From positions 3,552,001 to 3,616,000 of the forward strand of contig CBDCGL010000011.1 of assembly GCA_965216755.1 (NCBI GenBank): a stretch of DNA of 64,000 nt, in the 5' to 3' direction. The position numbers and the translations under genes were made by a program. Positions within the stretch are counted from its first letter, which is position 1. Each line of letters opens with the position of its first letter. Below the pieces are notes generated by a model. The model was not told the origin of the DNA, searched no databases, and saw only the letters and a program-made list of their open reading frames with translations. Of this stretch, positions 10,328 through 20,056 are shown in pieces. The stretch comes from Alphaproteobacteria bacterium (GTDB taxonomy: Bacteria > Pseudomonadota > Alphaproteobacteria > UBA7887).

Positions 10328-10885
10328 CTATACGCGGTCCAATTCCGTGTCCCAATACAGGAAATCACGCCAGCTTTCGTGCAGATAATTGGGCGGATAG
10401 CGCCGGCCCATATCCTGCAGCTGGTAGGTGTCCGGCGCGTAAGGCGCCCGCCTCGGCTTAAGCCCACTCTCGGTCGGGGTGCGATTGCCCTTGTTCAAAT
10501 TGCATCCTGCGCAGGCGGTTACCACATTTTCCCAACTGGTCACGCCGCCACGCGAACGCGGTACGACATGGTCGAAGGTCAAATCACGCGTATCGTATGA
10601 GTCGCCGCAATATTGGCAGGCGAAACCATCGCGCAAAAACACGTTGAAACGGGTGAACGCGGGCCTGCGCGTTGCCGGGATATAGCGTTTCAGCGAAATT
10701 ACGCTCGGCAGACGCAATTGGAACGAGGGTGAGCGCGCAACCTGGTCGTATTCGGCAACGATATTGACGCGATCTAGAAACACGGCCTTGACCGCGTCTT
10801 GCCACGGCCACAGCGACAGGGGGAAATAGCTAAGAGGCCGATAATCAGCGTTTAGGACCAAGGCCGGGCAGTTTTCCAAAGACAT
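10328..10885 (-). CDS. HNH endonuclease (conserved alphaproteobacterial type)
   Basis: LVLNADYRPL, RDGFACQYCG, DHVVPRSRGG...WENVVTAC..CN..K. Confidence 0.92.
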   Translation of the reverse strand: MSLENCPALVLNADYRPLSYFPLSLWPWQDAVKAVFLDRVNIVAEYDQVARSPSFQLRLPSVISLKRYIPATRRPAFTRFNVFLRDGFACQYCGDSYDTRDLTFDHVVPRSRGGVTSWENVVTACAGCNLNKGNRTPTESGLKPRRAPYAPDTYQLQDMGRRYPPNYLHESWRDFLYWDTELDRV

Positions 10886-11036
10886 CGATTTCGCTCATGC
10901 ACGCGCCGTAGCCCGCTTATACGACACAAAGTTTTGCGCTCCGCAGCACACCTTAACTGGTTGATGTGACAGCAACATGGCCGCGAGCCTATAGGAATCG
11001 CCTGAAATCGGCAATGGCGACCCCGGTCGCCTGTAA

Positions 11037-11711
11037 TCACGGTTGCCTTTGCGCGCCAAAACACATGCTCAGAAATCGCCCGCCCGAGGCGAGGCCGCCA
11101 GTGTCGATACTATGGCCAAGTCCCGGACAAACATGCCACTCCACCGTCAGTCCGGCGGCGCCGAGATCATCGACCGCTTGATGCAACGCAGCCACCGGCA
11201 CCACGTCATCGGCGTCACCATGGATCAACATCACCGGCGGCTTTGCGGTGATCTCATTGGCGAGTGATTCCGCCCCGACCAGCGCGCCCGAATAGCCGAG
11301 CACGCCGGCAATCGGCAAACCACGGCGCAGGGCGACAAAAAGCGCCATCATCGTGCCCTGGCTAAATCCGACCAAGGCAACCTGGTCGGCCGGCACACCC
11401 GTGTCGGCCAAGGCTTGATCTATATACGCGTCGAGAAGCGGCGCGGCACGACGGGCACCTTCCAACATGCCGGCCGGCCCAAAATCACGCAGCGAGAACC
11501 ATTGATACCCCATCGGTGCCATGTCGCATGGAAAGGGTGCGTTGGGCGACATGAACTGGGCGTCCGGCAAGAGCTGCTCCCAATGCGGCGCCAAGCCGAT
11601 CAAGTCCTGGCCATCGGACCCCAAACCATGCAACAGGATCACCAGGCGACGCGGCTGGCCGCCGGATCTTGGTTTGCGGATCGGTCCACGAAGCGGCGCG
11701 ACATTGTCCAT
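11037..11711 (-). CDS. Phospholipase/carboxylesterase (alpha/beta hydrolase)
   Basis: LHGLG, GFSQG nucleophile elbow, HGDADDVV, GHSI. Confidence 0.92.
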   Translation of the reverse strand: MDNVAPLRGPIRKPRSGGQPRRLVILLHGLGSDGQDLIGLAPHWEQLLPDAQFMSPNAPFPCDMAPMGYQWFSLRDFGPAGMLEGARRAAPLLDAYIDQALADTGVPADQVALVGFSQGTMMALFVALRRGLPIAGVLGYSGALVGAESLANEITAKPPVMLIHGDADDVVPVAALHQAVDDLGAAGLTVEWHVCPGLGHSIDTGGLASGGRFLSMCFGAQRQP

Positions 11712-11876
11712 TTACGATTCCATCGATTAAGGTGCGCGCCGCGACATTCGGTCGCGCCTGAGGCCTGGCGCAGCACGTACCTCGCGCGGTTCAGGTGCCG
11801 CGCGTTATTCTATTGATCTAGCCCGTTATCCGCGACAAGTCTCGCCGCCCGCGCCGTAAAATTCGGGATCATTTCC

Positions 11877-12722
11877 GTGTCAGAGATTGTGGTCACGCGA
11901 TTCGCGCCCAGCCCAACGGGATTCTTGCATCTCGGCCACGCGTTTTCGGCGCTATTTGCATGGCGCGCGGCGCGCGCACGCAGGGGGCGGTTTTTGTTGC
12001 GGATCGAAGACATCGATCGCGGCCGCTGCCGGCCGGATTTTGAGGCAGCGATTCTGGAGGACCTGTCTTGGCTCGGGATCGACTGGGATGGCGCGGTGCG
12101 GCGCCAGTCGGCGTGTATGGCCGACTATGCCGATGCCATCAAGCAGCTTGAGGCACGCGGGCTGTTATATCCCTGCTTTTGTACCCGCGCCGAGATTGGC
12201 GCCGAAATCGAAAATGCCGGGGCCGCGCCGCACGGCCCGGACGGCCCGCATTATCCGGGGACCTGCAAGCGCCTTTCGGCCGACCAGCGCGAATCACGGC
12301 TGGCTGCGGGCACGCCGTTTGCGCTACGCTTAGACATGAACCGGGCGGCTGACGTGACCGGGCCACTGACCTGGCGCGATGTCGGCAAAGGCGACCAAAA
12401 AGCCGTGCCGGACATCGCAGGCGATGTGGTTATCGCGCGCAAGGACACACCAACCAGTTATCATCTGGCGGTCACTCTCGACGATCATATCCAAGGCGTG
12501 AGCTTGGTGACGCGGGGCTACGACTTGTTTCACGCCACCCACGTACACCGCGCTTTGCAAGCCCTTTTGGGCCTGGTTGAGCCAGTCTGGCAACACCATC
12601 CCTTGATCACCGACTCCAACGGCCGTCGCTTGGCCAAACGCCATCGCGCGATGACCGTGCGCGGTTTGCGCCAAGCAGGCAAGACGGCAGCCGAAGTCCG
12701 CGCTATGGTGGGCATGGAGTAG
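11877..12722 (+). CDS. gluQRS: tRNA glutamyl-Q(34) synthetase
   Basis: RFAPSPTGFLHLGH, CFCTR...YPGTC, RLAKR; short, no anticodon-binding domain. Confidence 0.92.
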   Translation: MSEIVVTRFAPSPTGFLHLGHAFSALFAWRAARARRGRFLLRIEDIDRGRCRPDFEAAILEDLSWLGIDWDGAVRRQSACMADYADAIKQLEARGLLYPCFCTRAEIGAEIENAGAAPHGPDGPHYPGTCKRLSADQRESRLAAGTPFALRLDMNRAADVTGPLTWRDVGKGDQKAVPDIAGDVVIARKDTPTSYHLAVTLDDHIQGVSLVTRGYDLFHATHVHRALQALLGLVEPVWQHHPLITDSNGRRLAKRHRAMTVRGLRQAGKTAAEVRAMVGME

Positions 12723-12778
12723 TCTGGCGCAGCTTTTGCGGCAGACGGTTTGACACCTCATAGTTGGGGACCTTGTAT

Positions 12779-13411
12779 ATGGCGGAAATCGTTCTCTACG
12801 GCAGCCCACTCAGCACCTACACGCGCAGCGCGCGCATGGCACTGGTCGAAAAGGGGGTCGACTACGAGCTGGTCGCGCAACAGCCTGGTTCTGACGAGAA
12901 TCGTGCGCTCCATCCGTTCGGCAAGATTCCGGTTTTGCGCCGCGGCGATTTCACGGTATTTGAGGCCGTTGCCATCATGCGCTATGTGGACGAAGCGCTC
13001 GATGGCCCCGCGCTGCAGCCGGACGATGTTGAAATGCGCGCGGTGATGACCCAATGGCTCAGCGCGACCTTGGATTACTATTACCCGACCATGGTGCGTG
13101 GCTTGGTGATCCCGCGCCTGGTGCATCCACAGCGCGGCATTGAGCCCGATGAAGCGGCCATAGCCGCGGTGATCCCGGAGGTCGACAAGCAATTGCTTAT
13201 CTTATCCGGTGCGCTTCAGGACCATCTTTATCTCGCCGGCGACACAGCCAGTTTGGCCGATCTGTTGATGCTGCCGATCATGTTCTATGTCAATTTCACG
13301 GGCGAAGGCCGCGAATTGATCGGCAAGTCGCCGCGGTTGCTCAGATGGCTAGAGACCATGGGGCAACGGGCCAGCGACAAGGAAACCCTGCCGCCGCTCG
13401 GCGACTCGTAA
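12779..13411 (+). CDS. Glutathione S-transferase family protein
   Basis: STYTR, HPFGKIPVL, FEAVAIMRYV, YLAGDTASLADL. Confidence 0.92.
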   Translation: MAEIVLYGSPLSTYTRSARMALVEKGVDYELVAQQPGSDENRALHPFGKIPVLRRGDFTVFEAVAIMRYVDEALDGPALQPDDVEMRAVMTQWLSATLDYYYPTMVRGLVIPRLVHPQRGIEPDEAAIAAVIPEVDKQLLILSGALQDHLYLAGDTASLADLLMLPIMFYVNFTGEGRELIGKSPRLLRWLETMGQRASDKETLPPLGDS

Positions 13412-13416
13412 TCTGG

Positions 13417-13506
13417 TTTCGGTGACAGTTTACTAAATACACAACATTTTGTGTGCTTACGTTTCGGGTCACAATATTTTGTGTATTTAGTAAACTGTCA
13501 CCGAAA
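13417..13506. repeat. 90-bp inverted-repeat element, copy B (long hairpin between convergent genes; may also act as a terminator)
   Basis: 28-bp perfect inverted arms tttcggtgacagtttactaaatacacaa / ttgtgtatttagtaaactgtcaccgaaa, extendable to about 37 bp with 2 mismatches. Confidence 0.9.
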
Positions 13507-13517
13507 TAAACTCGTTA

Positions 13518-13823
13518 TCAGGACACGACGACCACAGACGTCACGCCGATGATCGCCCGGCAGCGGGCGGCCAGGCGCGTGGCGACGGCATCGCTCACAT
13601 CCCGAACCCAGATATCGATCATCAACGCGTCACCGGGAAGTTGATCAAGATTCATGCGTGTCGGGACGAGGTTGCGCAGGGCCAATTGCTCGACAATGCG
13701 CGGCAACGTGCCCGGCGTGGCATCGGCGCGAATTGTCAAACGCACGGTCGCCGCTGTGGCGGGCCGATCGGCGCGCGATGAACTTGTGGTGGCGCTACTT
13801 GTGGCGGTCGTGGGGGCAGACAT
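13518..13823 (-). CDS. Small stand-alone ACT-domain protein, IlvM-like
   Basis: LTIRADATPGTLPRIVEQLALRNLVPTRMNL resembles the ACT beta-alpha-beta start of AHAS small subunits; ends IIGVTSV. Confidence 0.7.
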   Translation of the reverse strand: MSAPTTATSSATTSSSRADRPATAATVRLTIRADATPGTLPRIVEQLALRNLVPTRMNLDQLPGDALMIDIWVRDVSDAVATRLAARCRAIIGVTSVVVVS

Positions 13824-13941
13824 GTCTCAACAACTCTCTTGGCGTGGTGGCGCGGCACAGCGACGGTTCCCGGCCCCGACGAAGGGCCGGGCCGATAATG
13901 AGCCGAAGCAAAACCACCATTTGCTGCCGTGTTGAGAACAT
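13795..13941 (-). CDS. Candidate leader peptide (48 aa, MFSTRQQMVVLLRLIIGPA...)
   Basis: ATG 9 nt after a predicted -10 box; 7 of 8 consecutive codons are Val/Leu/Ile; overlaps the ACT gene start; below the ORF-track length cutoff. Confidence 0.5.
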   Translation of the reverse strand: MFSTRQQMVVLLRLIIGPALRRGREPSLCRATTPRELLRHVCPHDRHK

Positions 13942-13950
13942 GACCGGCGC

Positions 13951-13979
13951 ACGGTAGGTGTTCGCCCAAAGCACGTCAA
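13951..13979 (-). promoter_or_regulatory. Putative sigma70 promoter for leader/ACT transcript
   Basis: TTGACG-N17-TACCGT on the minus strand. Confidence 0.55.
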
Positions 13980-14027
13980 CCCCGTTATACTTCGTGCGTC
14001 CAGCATGACAGCCGGACGCAAAGGAGC

Positions 14028-15698
14028 ATGAAACGAACCATGGTGACGGCCATTACGACAGTTGCGGAAGCGGACCTGATCGCCAAGTGCCGCGCGGCCT
14101 TGGACGCCGCGACCGGACTCGAAGCCGCCAGCCGCGCCGCCGTGGCGCGCCGCGTGACACGCGATGGCCGCGTCGACCCCGCGTGCATGGATCAACAACA
14201 AAGGCTGGCGCATGGTTATGCGTGGCTGGCGACCTATGCGTGTGCGTTGGACCAGATGGCAGCGTGGGCGACTCGTCTCGAAGCCGGTGGCCGCTTCACG
14301 TGGCTGGAAGCGCAAATACTGCGCGTCGCGTTCGCCGAGTATTTGGCACAATTGGTCGGTGGTATTGCCATGAGCCAAAGCGAGATCGTGCGCCCGCAAG
14401 ATCTGGGCGTCGATCGCGATGCGATTGACCGTGTGTCCGCCGCGGCAGCCGAGTTTTCAGCCGATGATTTGGCCGCGGCGCGGGCCGACATTGCGGCCGC
14501 CGCGGGCGATGGCCGCTACGGTGATCCAGCTTTCGATGACAGCACGTTAAAGGCGATCGGCGAACAGTTTCGTCGCTTCGCCGACGATCGGATCGTTGCC
14601 GATGCCGATCGGTGGCACCGCGACGATGTTTTGATTGATGATGGGGTCGTCGAGGCCATGGCAGGGATGGGCGTTTTCGGCCTGACCATGCCCGAGTCGT
14701 TTGGCGGCGCCGGTCTCGGCAAAGTGGCGATGTGCCTGGTGACTGAGGAATTGAGTCGCGGCTTCCTTGGTGCGGGCTCGCTGAGCACACGTTCGGAAAT
14801 CGCTGCGGAATTGGTGCTCAATCATGGCACCGATGCGCAAAAGGCGCGTTGGTTGCCGGGTATTGTTGGCGGCACGATATTGCCGACCGCCGCGTTCACC
14901 GAACCGGACGTCGGCTCCGATCTCGGAAACTTGAAAACGCGCGCGGTGCGCGACCGCGACGTCTACCGCGTGACCGGCGCCAAAACCTGGATGACCCACG
15001 GCGGTCGCGCCGATGTTATGACCTTGCTCGCGCGTACAGGCCCGCAAGACTCGGGCTATCGCGGCCTGAGCATGTTCTTAGCCCCAAAACCGCGTGGCAC
15101 CGAAGACGATCCGTTTCCGGCCACGGGCATGAGCGGCAGCGAAATCCGCGTGCTTGGCTATCGGGGCATGAAGGAATATGCGGTTGGCTTCGACGGCTTT
15201 GCGGTTGCCGCCGACGGTCTGCTGGGCGGTATTGAGGGGCAGGGGTTCAAGCAACTGATGGCGGGGTTCGAAACGGCGCGAATTCAAACCGCTGCACGCG
15301 CGGTTGGGGTCGCCCAAAGCGCATTGGAACTGGCCGCCGGCTACGCGGGTGCGCGACACCAGTTCGGACGGCCGATCGCCGCCTTTCCACGAGTCGCCGA
15401 CAAACTGGCGTGGATGGCGGTTGAAACCATGATTGCGCGCCAGTTGACCTGGTATGCGGCGCGTGAAAAAGACAGCGGCCACCGCTGCGACCTGCAAGCT
15501 GGCATGGCCAAGCTGTTGGCTGCGCGGGTGGCCTGGTCCGGCGCCGACAGCGCGGTCCAGATCCACGGCGGCAACGGCTATGCCGAGGAATATTCCGTCA
15601 GCCGGGTTTTGGTGGACGCACGTATCCTCAACATATTCGAGGGCGCCGCTGAGATTCAGGCGCACATCATCGCCCGCCGCCTGTTTGGCGGCAACTGA
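14028..15698 (+). CDS. Acyl-CoA dehydrogenase, (2S)-methylsuccinyl-CoA dehydrogenase-like
   Basis: N-terminal QRLAHGYAWLATY extension, FTEPDVGSD, EIRVLGYRGMKEY, QIHGGNGY, IFEGAAEI. Confidence 0.85.
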   Translation: MKRTMVTAITTVAEADLIAKCRAALDAATGLEAASRAAVARRVTRDGRVDPACMDQQQRLAHGYAWLATYACALDQMAAWATRLEAGGRFTWLEAQILRVAFAEYLAQLVGGIAMSQSEIVRPQDLGVDRDAIDRVSAAAAEFSADDLAAARADIAAAAGDGRYGDPAFDDSTLKAIGEQFRRFADDRIVADADRWHRDDVLIDDGVVEAMAGMGVFGLTMPESFGGAGLGKVAMCLVTEELSRGFLGAGSLSTRSEIAAELVLNHGTDAQKARWLPGIVGGTILPTAAFTEPDVGSDLGNLKTRAVRDRDVYRVTGAKTWMTHGGRADVMTLLARTGPQDSGYRGLSMFLAPKPRGTEDDPFPATGMSGSEIRVLGYRGMKEYAVGFDGFAVAADGLLGGIEGQGFKQLMAGFETARIQTAARAVGVAQSALELAAGYAGARHQFGRPIAAFPRVADKLAWMAVETMIARQLTWYAAREKDSGHRCDLQAGMAKLLAARVAWSGADSAVQIHGGNGYAEEYSVSRVLVDARILNIFEGAAEIQAHIIARRLFGGN

Positions 15699-15709
15699 TC
15701 ACCCGGCCC

Positions 15710-15916
15710 ATGGACGCGCTGTCCGCTATTTTTCCGATGTTGATTTTCATGGCCTTGGCGGCGGTTCTAATTGTGTTGGCCGTTGGTTTGATTGCCATGT
15801 TCCGCGGTGGTGAATTTAACCGCCGATATGGCAACAAGCTGATGCGGCTTAGGGTCATTTTGCAGGCGGTCGCGGTGCTCTTGATCGTCTTGTTTTTAGC
15901 ATTCATTCGGGGATGA
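15710..15916 (+). CDS. Twin transmembrane helix small protein (HIG1-like)
   Basis: GG.FN...NKLMRLRVILQAVA; usual position upstream of etfB. Confidence 0.88.
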   Translation: MDALSAIFPMLIFMALAAVLIVLAVGLIAMFRGGEFNRRYGNKLMRLRVILQAVAVLLIVLFLAFIRG

Positions 15917-15938
15917 CCGGCGGGGGCCGTTGGTCGCG

Positions 15939-15967
15939 TTGACTTTGCCGCAGGGTGAACCTAGTGT
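15939..15967 (+). promoter_or_regulatory. Putative sigma70 promoter of etfBA-hbd
   Basis: TTGACT-N17-TAGTGT. Confidence 0.45.
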
Positions 15968-16074
15968 GGCAGTGCAGCATAAGCCGCCGCGCACGCGACT
16001 GGGCGCCATTGTGAATTGCGCAAAGATGACCGAGCGGTGGCTCATTCATTGATGAAAAATGGAGCGATCGGGCG

Positions 16075-16824
16075 ATGAAGGTTCTCGTCGCGGTGAAACG
16101 CGTGATTGATTACAACGTCAAGATCCGGGTCAGGACCGACAATTCCGGGGTCGAGACTGCCAATGTCAAAATGTCGATGAATCCGTTCGACGAAATTGCG
16201 GTCGAAGAGGCAATACGCCTCAAAGAGGCGGGCACCGTGAGCGAAATTATCGCCGTGTCCATGGGTGTGCAGCAATGCCAAGAGACCCTGCGAACGGCTT
16301 TCGCCATGGGCGCCGACCGTGGCATTCATGTGTTGACCGACGATGTTTTGGAGCCGCTTGCCGTTGCCAAATTGTTGGCGGCGATCGCTGCCGCGGAGTC
16401 GCCCGAGATAATCATCCTGGGCAAGCAAGCCATCGACGATGATGCCAATCAAACCGGCCAAATGCTGGCCGCATTGCTCGGTTGGCCGCAAGGCACCTTT
16501 GCCTCGAAGGTGGCGATCGCCGATGGTGCTATGGATGTGACACGCGAGGTCGATGGCGGTCTCGAGACGGTTAGTTTGAAACTGCCGGCGGTGGTCACAA
16601 CAGATCTGCGCTTGAACGAACCGCGCTACGCGTCCCTTCCCAACATCATGAAAGCGAAAAAGAAACCGATCGACCAAAAGACGCCGGCTGACTTTGGCGT
16701 CGATATCGCGCCGCGCCTGACCACCCTGAGAGTGACTGAACCGCCCAAGCGCGAAGCCGGAATCAGGGTGGAAACGGTCGACGAGTTGGTGGCCAAATTA
16801 AAAGACGACGCGGGAGTGATCTGA
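16075..16824 (+). CDS. etfB: Electron transfer flavoprotein beta subunit
   Basis: [45 protein letters not shown]. Confidence 0.97.
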   Translation: MKVLVAVKRVIDYNVKIRVRTDNSGVETANVKMSMNPFDEIAVEEAIRLKEAGTVSEIIAVSMGVQQCQETLRTAFAMGADRGIHVLTDDVLEPLAVAKLLAAIAAAESPEIIILGKQAIDDDANQTGQMLAALLGWPQGTFASKVAIADGAMDVTREVDGGLETVSLKLPAVVTTDLRLNEPRYASLPNIMKAKKKPIDQKTPADFGVDIAPRLTTLRVTEPPKREAGIRVETVDELVAKLKDDAGVI

Positions 16825-17762
16825 TGGCCGTTTTTGTGATCGCCGAACATGACAACGCCGAACTGAAACCGGCCACACTCAATACGGTCAGTGCGGCGGC
16901 GGAACTGGGCGGTGACATCGATGTCTTGGTGGCCGGCAAGGATTGCGGATCCGTCGCCGAACAGGCCGCCACGATCCAAGGCGTCGCGCGGGTGTTGGTC
17001 GCCGATGACGCCGCGCACGAACATCATCTGGCCGAAAATCTGGCGCCGTTGGTGGCCAGTTTGAGCGAGAACTACAGCCACGTGTTGGCACCAGCCGACA
17101 CGTTCGGCAAGAATTTCATGCCGCGCGCGGCGGCCTTGCGCGATCTGCAGCAGATTTCCGATATTGTCGAAGTGGTCGGGCCAGACACCTTTGTGCGCCC
17201 GATTTACGCGGGCAACGCCTTGGCTACAGTTCAATCATCGGACCCGTGCAAGATGATCACCGTTCGCACGACGGCGTTCAAAGCTGCCGATAGTGGTGGC
17301 GCGGCGTCCATCGAACCGTGCCAGGTGTCGGGGTCCGTAAGCGACGGCGCGCGCTTCGTCGGCCGTGAGTTGAGCAAGTCCGAGCGGCCGGAACTCACCG
17401 CGGCGCGCGTGATCGTGTCAGGCGGGCGGGGCATGCAGAGCGGCGAGAATTTCGCCCTTCTTGAGGCATTGGCAGACAAGCTCGGTGCTGCGGTCGGTGC
17501 GTCTCGCGCCGCCGTCGACGCCGGCTATGTGCCGAATGATTATCAAGTCGGCCAAACCGGCAAGATAGTCGCGCCGGAATTGTATATCGCGGTGGGCATA
17601 TCCGGTGCGATCCAGCACTTGGCCGGTATGAAAGACAGCAAGGTCATTGTTGCGATCAACAAGGATGAAGAGGCACCGATCTTCCAAGTCGCCGATTTCG
17701 GCATTGTCGGCGATCTGTTCAAGATCGTGCCCGAATTGACGGAAGCCTTGTCATCGGACTAA
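16824..17762 (+). CDS. etfA: Electron transfer flavoprotein alpha subunit
   Basis: [31 protein letters not shown]. Confidence 0.97.
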   Translation: MAVFVIAEHDNAELKPATLNTVSAAAELGGDIDVLVAGKDCGSVAEQAATIQGVARVLVADDAAHEHHLAENLAPLVASLSENYSHVLAPADTFGKNFMPRAAALRDLQQISDIVEVVGPDTFVRPIYAGNALATVQSSDPCKMITVRTTAFKAADSGGAASIEPCQVSGSVSDGARFVGRELSKSERPELTAARVIVSGGRGMQSGENFALLEALADKLGAAVGASRAAVDAGYVPNDYQVGQTGKIVAPELYIAVGISGAIQHLAGMKDSKVIVAINKDEEAPIFQVADFGIVGDLFKIVPELTEALSSD

Positions 17763-17838
17763 GCCGAACACAGGTGCCTTAGAGAACCAACGGTATGAAT
17801 TGACCTTGCGCGAGCGGCCGGAGACAGGGAATCCTCTG

Positions 17839-18711
17839 ATGTTGCAGAAAATAGTCGTCATCGGTGCCGGACAAATGGGCGCGGGCATTGCCCATGTATG
17901 TGCCTTGGCCGGCCGCGATGTGACGTTGATCGATGTTGACGCCGGGCAGCTAGACAAAGCGCGCATGGTGATTGAAAAGAATCTCCAGCGCCAAGTGAGT
18001 CGCGGCTTGATCGATGAGGCGGCGCAGGCCGCGGCGTTGGGGCGCATCAACGCCGCGACGGAAATGGGCGCGGCTGCGGATGCCGATTTGGTGATCGAAG
18101 CGGCGACCGAAAATGAGGCGGTTAAGAAATCTATTTTCAAGGACGTGTGTAACGTCATCCGCGAAGACACGCTGATCGCCACCAATACCAGCTCGATTTC
18201 GGTGACGCGGCTGGCCGCGGCGACCGACCGCCCGGGCCGCTTCATGGGCATGCACTTCATGAACCCGGTGCCGATGATGAAGCTGGTCGAGTTGATCCGC
18301 GGCATCGCCACTGACGAAGATACCTTCCAGGAGATTCACGCGTTCACCAGCGATCTTGGCAAGACCCCGGTCAGCGCCGAAGATTTTCCCGCCTTTATCG
18401 TCAATCGCATTTTGCTGCCGATGATCAACGAGGCTATCTATACCTTGTATGAGGGTGTCGGCTCCGTCGTTGCCATCGACACGGCGATGAAACTGGGCGC
18501 CAATCATCCCATGGGGCCGCTGGAACTGGCGGATTTCATCGGTTTGGATACCTGCTTGGCCGTGATGCAAGTGTTGCATGACGGCCTCGCCGACAGCAAA
18601 TATCGGCCCTGCCCACTTTTGGTCAAATATGTCGAGGCGGGCTGGCTTGGGCGCAAGGCGGGGCGTGGCTTCTACGACTATGGCGGCGATACCCCGACGC
18701 CCACGCGATAG
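17839..18711 (+). CDS. hbd: 3-hydroxybutyryl-CoA dehydrogenase
   Basis: GAGQMG Rossmann motif, TNTSSISV, GMHFMNPVP, GANHPMGPL. Confidence 0.93.
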   Translation: MLQKIVVIGAGQMGAGIAHVCALAGRDVTLIDVDAGQLDKARMVIEKNLQRQVSRGLIDEAAQAAALGRINAATEMGAAADADLVIEAATENEAVKKSIFKDVCNVIREDTLIATNTSSISVTRLAAATDRPGRFMGMHFMNPVPMMKLVELIRGIATDEDTFQEIHAFTSDLGKTPVSAEDFPAFIVNRILLPMINEAIYTLYEGVGSVVAIDTAMKLGANHPMGPLELADFIGLDTCLAVMQVLHDGLADSKYRPCPLLVKYVEAGWLGRKAGRGFYDYGGDTPTPTR

Positions 18712-18765
18712 CATTGGTCGGCGCCGCCGGCGCTAACCGAAACGACACAACACAGGACCATCGTC

Positions 18766-19362
18766 ATGCGTATCGCGTGTCTTGATTTGGAAGGCGTGCT
18801 GATCCCGGAAATCTGGATCGCGGTGGCTGCCCGGACTGGCATTGACGCCTTGCGCCAAACCACACGCGACAATCCGGACTATGACGATCTGATGCGATCG
18901 CGCCTTAATGCGATCAATCAGGCCGGGCTGACCATTCACGATATCCGCGATGTTGTCGCCGAAATGACGCCCCTAGACGGTGCGGTCGACTTTCTCAATG
19001 CGCTGCGATCGCATTATCAGGTGGCGATCCTGTCGGACACATTCTACGACATGGCGATGCCGTTGATCGCCCAACTCGGCCATCCGTTCCTATTGTGCCA
19101 CAACCTCGATATCGACGACGAGGGTGTGATCCGCGGCTATCGGCTGCGTCAAGGCGACCCCAAACGCCACGCCGTGAAAGCCCTTCAGTCGCTCAACTTC
19201 ACGGTCATCGCCGCAGGCGATTCGCACAATGATCTGAGTATGCTTTCGGAAGCCAACAAGGGCTTTTTGTTTTGCCCGCCGGATTCCATCGTCGAAGCCT
19301 TCCCGGATTTGCCGGTCACGCGCAGTTACGACGCATTGCTCAACGCGTTTGTGTTCGCGTAA
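18766..19362 (+). CDS. thrH: Phosphoserine phosphatase/homoserine phosphotransferase
   Basis: [28 protein letters not shown]. Confidence 0.92.
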   Translation: MRIACLDLEGVLIPEIWIAVAARTGIDALRQTTRDNPDYDDLMRSRLNAINQAGLTIHDIRDVVAEMTPLDGAVDFLNALRSHYQVAILSDTFYDMAMPLIAQLGHPFLLCHNLDIDDEGVIRGYRLRQGDPKRHAVKALQSLNFTVIAAGDSHNDLSMLSEANKGFLFCPPDSIVEAFPDLPVTRSYDALLNAFVFA

Positions 19363-19991
19363 CGCGGCTGCGGCGCGGGGCCACCACGCGTTTGCGACCC
19401 GGTCGCGGCGATCAGCGCTTTGAAATATGACACCAGATGCGGCGAATCCCATTCGGCCGGGCCTTCCAGGCGTGCCCGCTCTCGGCCGTGTCGATCGATC
19501 AACACAGTGGTGGGCATGCCGCGCGCGGCGATAGCGCGTGCCACCGCCGCCTCTTTGTCGAGATAGACGGTGAGGTGGGTCAGACCGGCGTCACGCCAAA
19601 AGGGTTCGACCTCGGCCAATCCGCCCCGGTCTTGAGATATGGCGACGACGGCGAAATCGTCGCCACCCAGTGCTGCCTGCAGGCGATCTAATGATGGCAT
19701 TTCACGAAGACAGGGGGCACACCACGTCGCCCACAAATTGAGGACGACAATTTTGCCAAGGAAATCATCCGCGGACACAACTTGACCGGCGTCATTGGCA
19801 AAACGCAGCGGCGGTAGCGATGTCGGGCTTTCCGGCAGAATCCACGGCATTTCGGCCGGTGCCGCCACGCCGGCCCAAACGTCGCCGGACGGCGCTCTTG
19901 AACCATTGCGCCAGTCAGTGAAAATGACCGCCGCCGCGGCGACGGCCAAGGCCACCACGGCGGCGATCGTAATGCGAATTTTGTCTTTCAT
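19326..19991 (-). CDS. tlpA: TlpA-family thiol:disulfide oxidoreductase
   Basis: N-terminal TM anchor, [20 protein letters not shown]; divergent from argH. Confidence 0.88.
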   Translation of the reverse strand: MKDKIRITIAAVVALAVAAAAVIFTDWRNGSRAPSGDVWAGVAAPAEMPWILPESPTSLPPLRFANDAGQVVSADDFLGKIVVLNLWATWCAPCLREMPSLDRLQAALGGDDFAVVAISQDRGGLAEVEPFWRDAGLTHLTVYLDKEAAVARAIAARGMPTTVLIDRHGRERARLEGPAEWDSPHLVSYFKALIAATGSQTRGGPAPQPRYANTNALSNAS

Positions 19992-20056
19992 GGGATACTG
20001 CTCTAAGTCGACACAGACGATGCCTGTGTCAGCGATGGAATTAAGGTGGAAAACGC

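Noticed and set aside
10328-10885. HNH nuclease as a defence or mobile element
   Set aside because: Typical core alphaproteobacterial gene beside esterase/gluQ; no methylase, array or mobility genes nearby.
13417-13506. Repeats as a CRISPR mini-array
   Set aside because: Arms are inverted, with no direct repeat-spacer periodicity and no cas genes.
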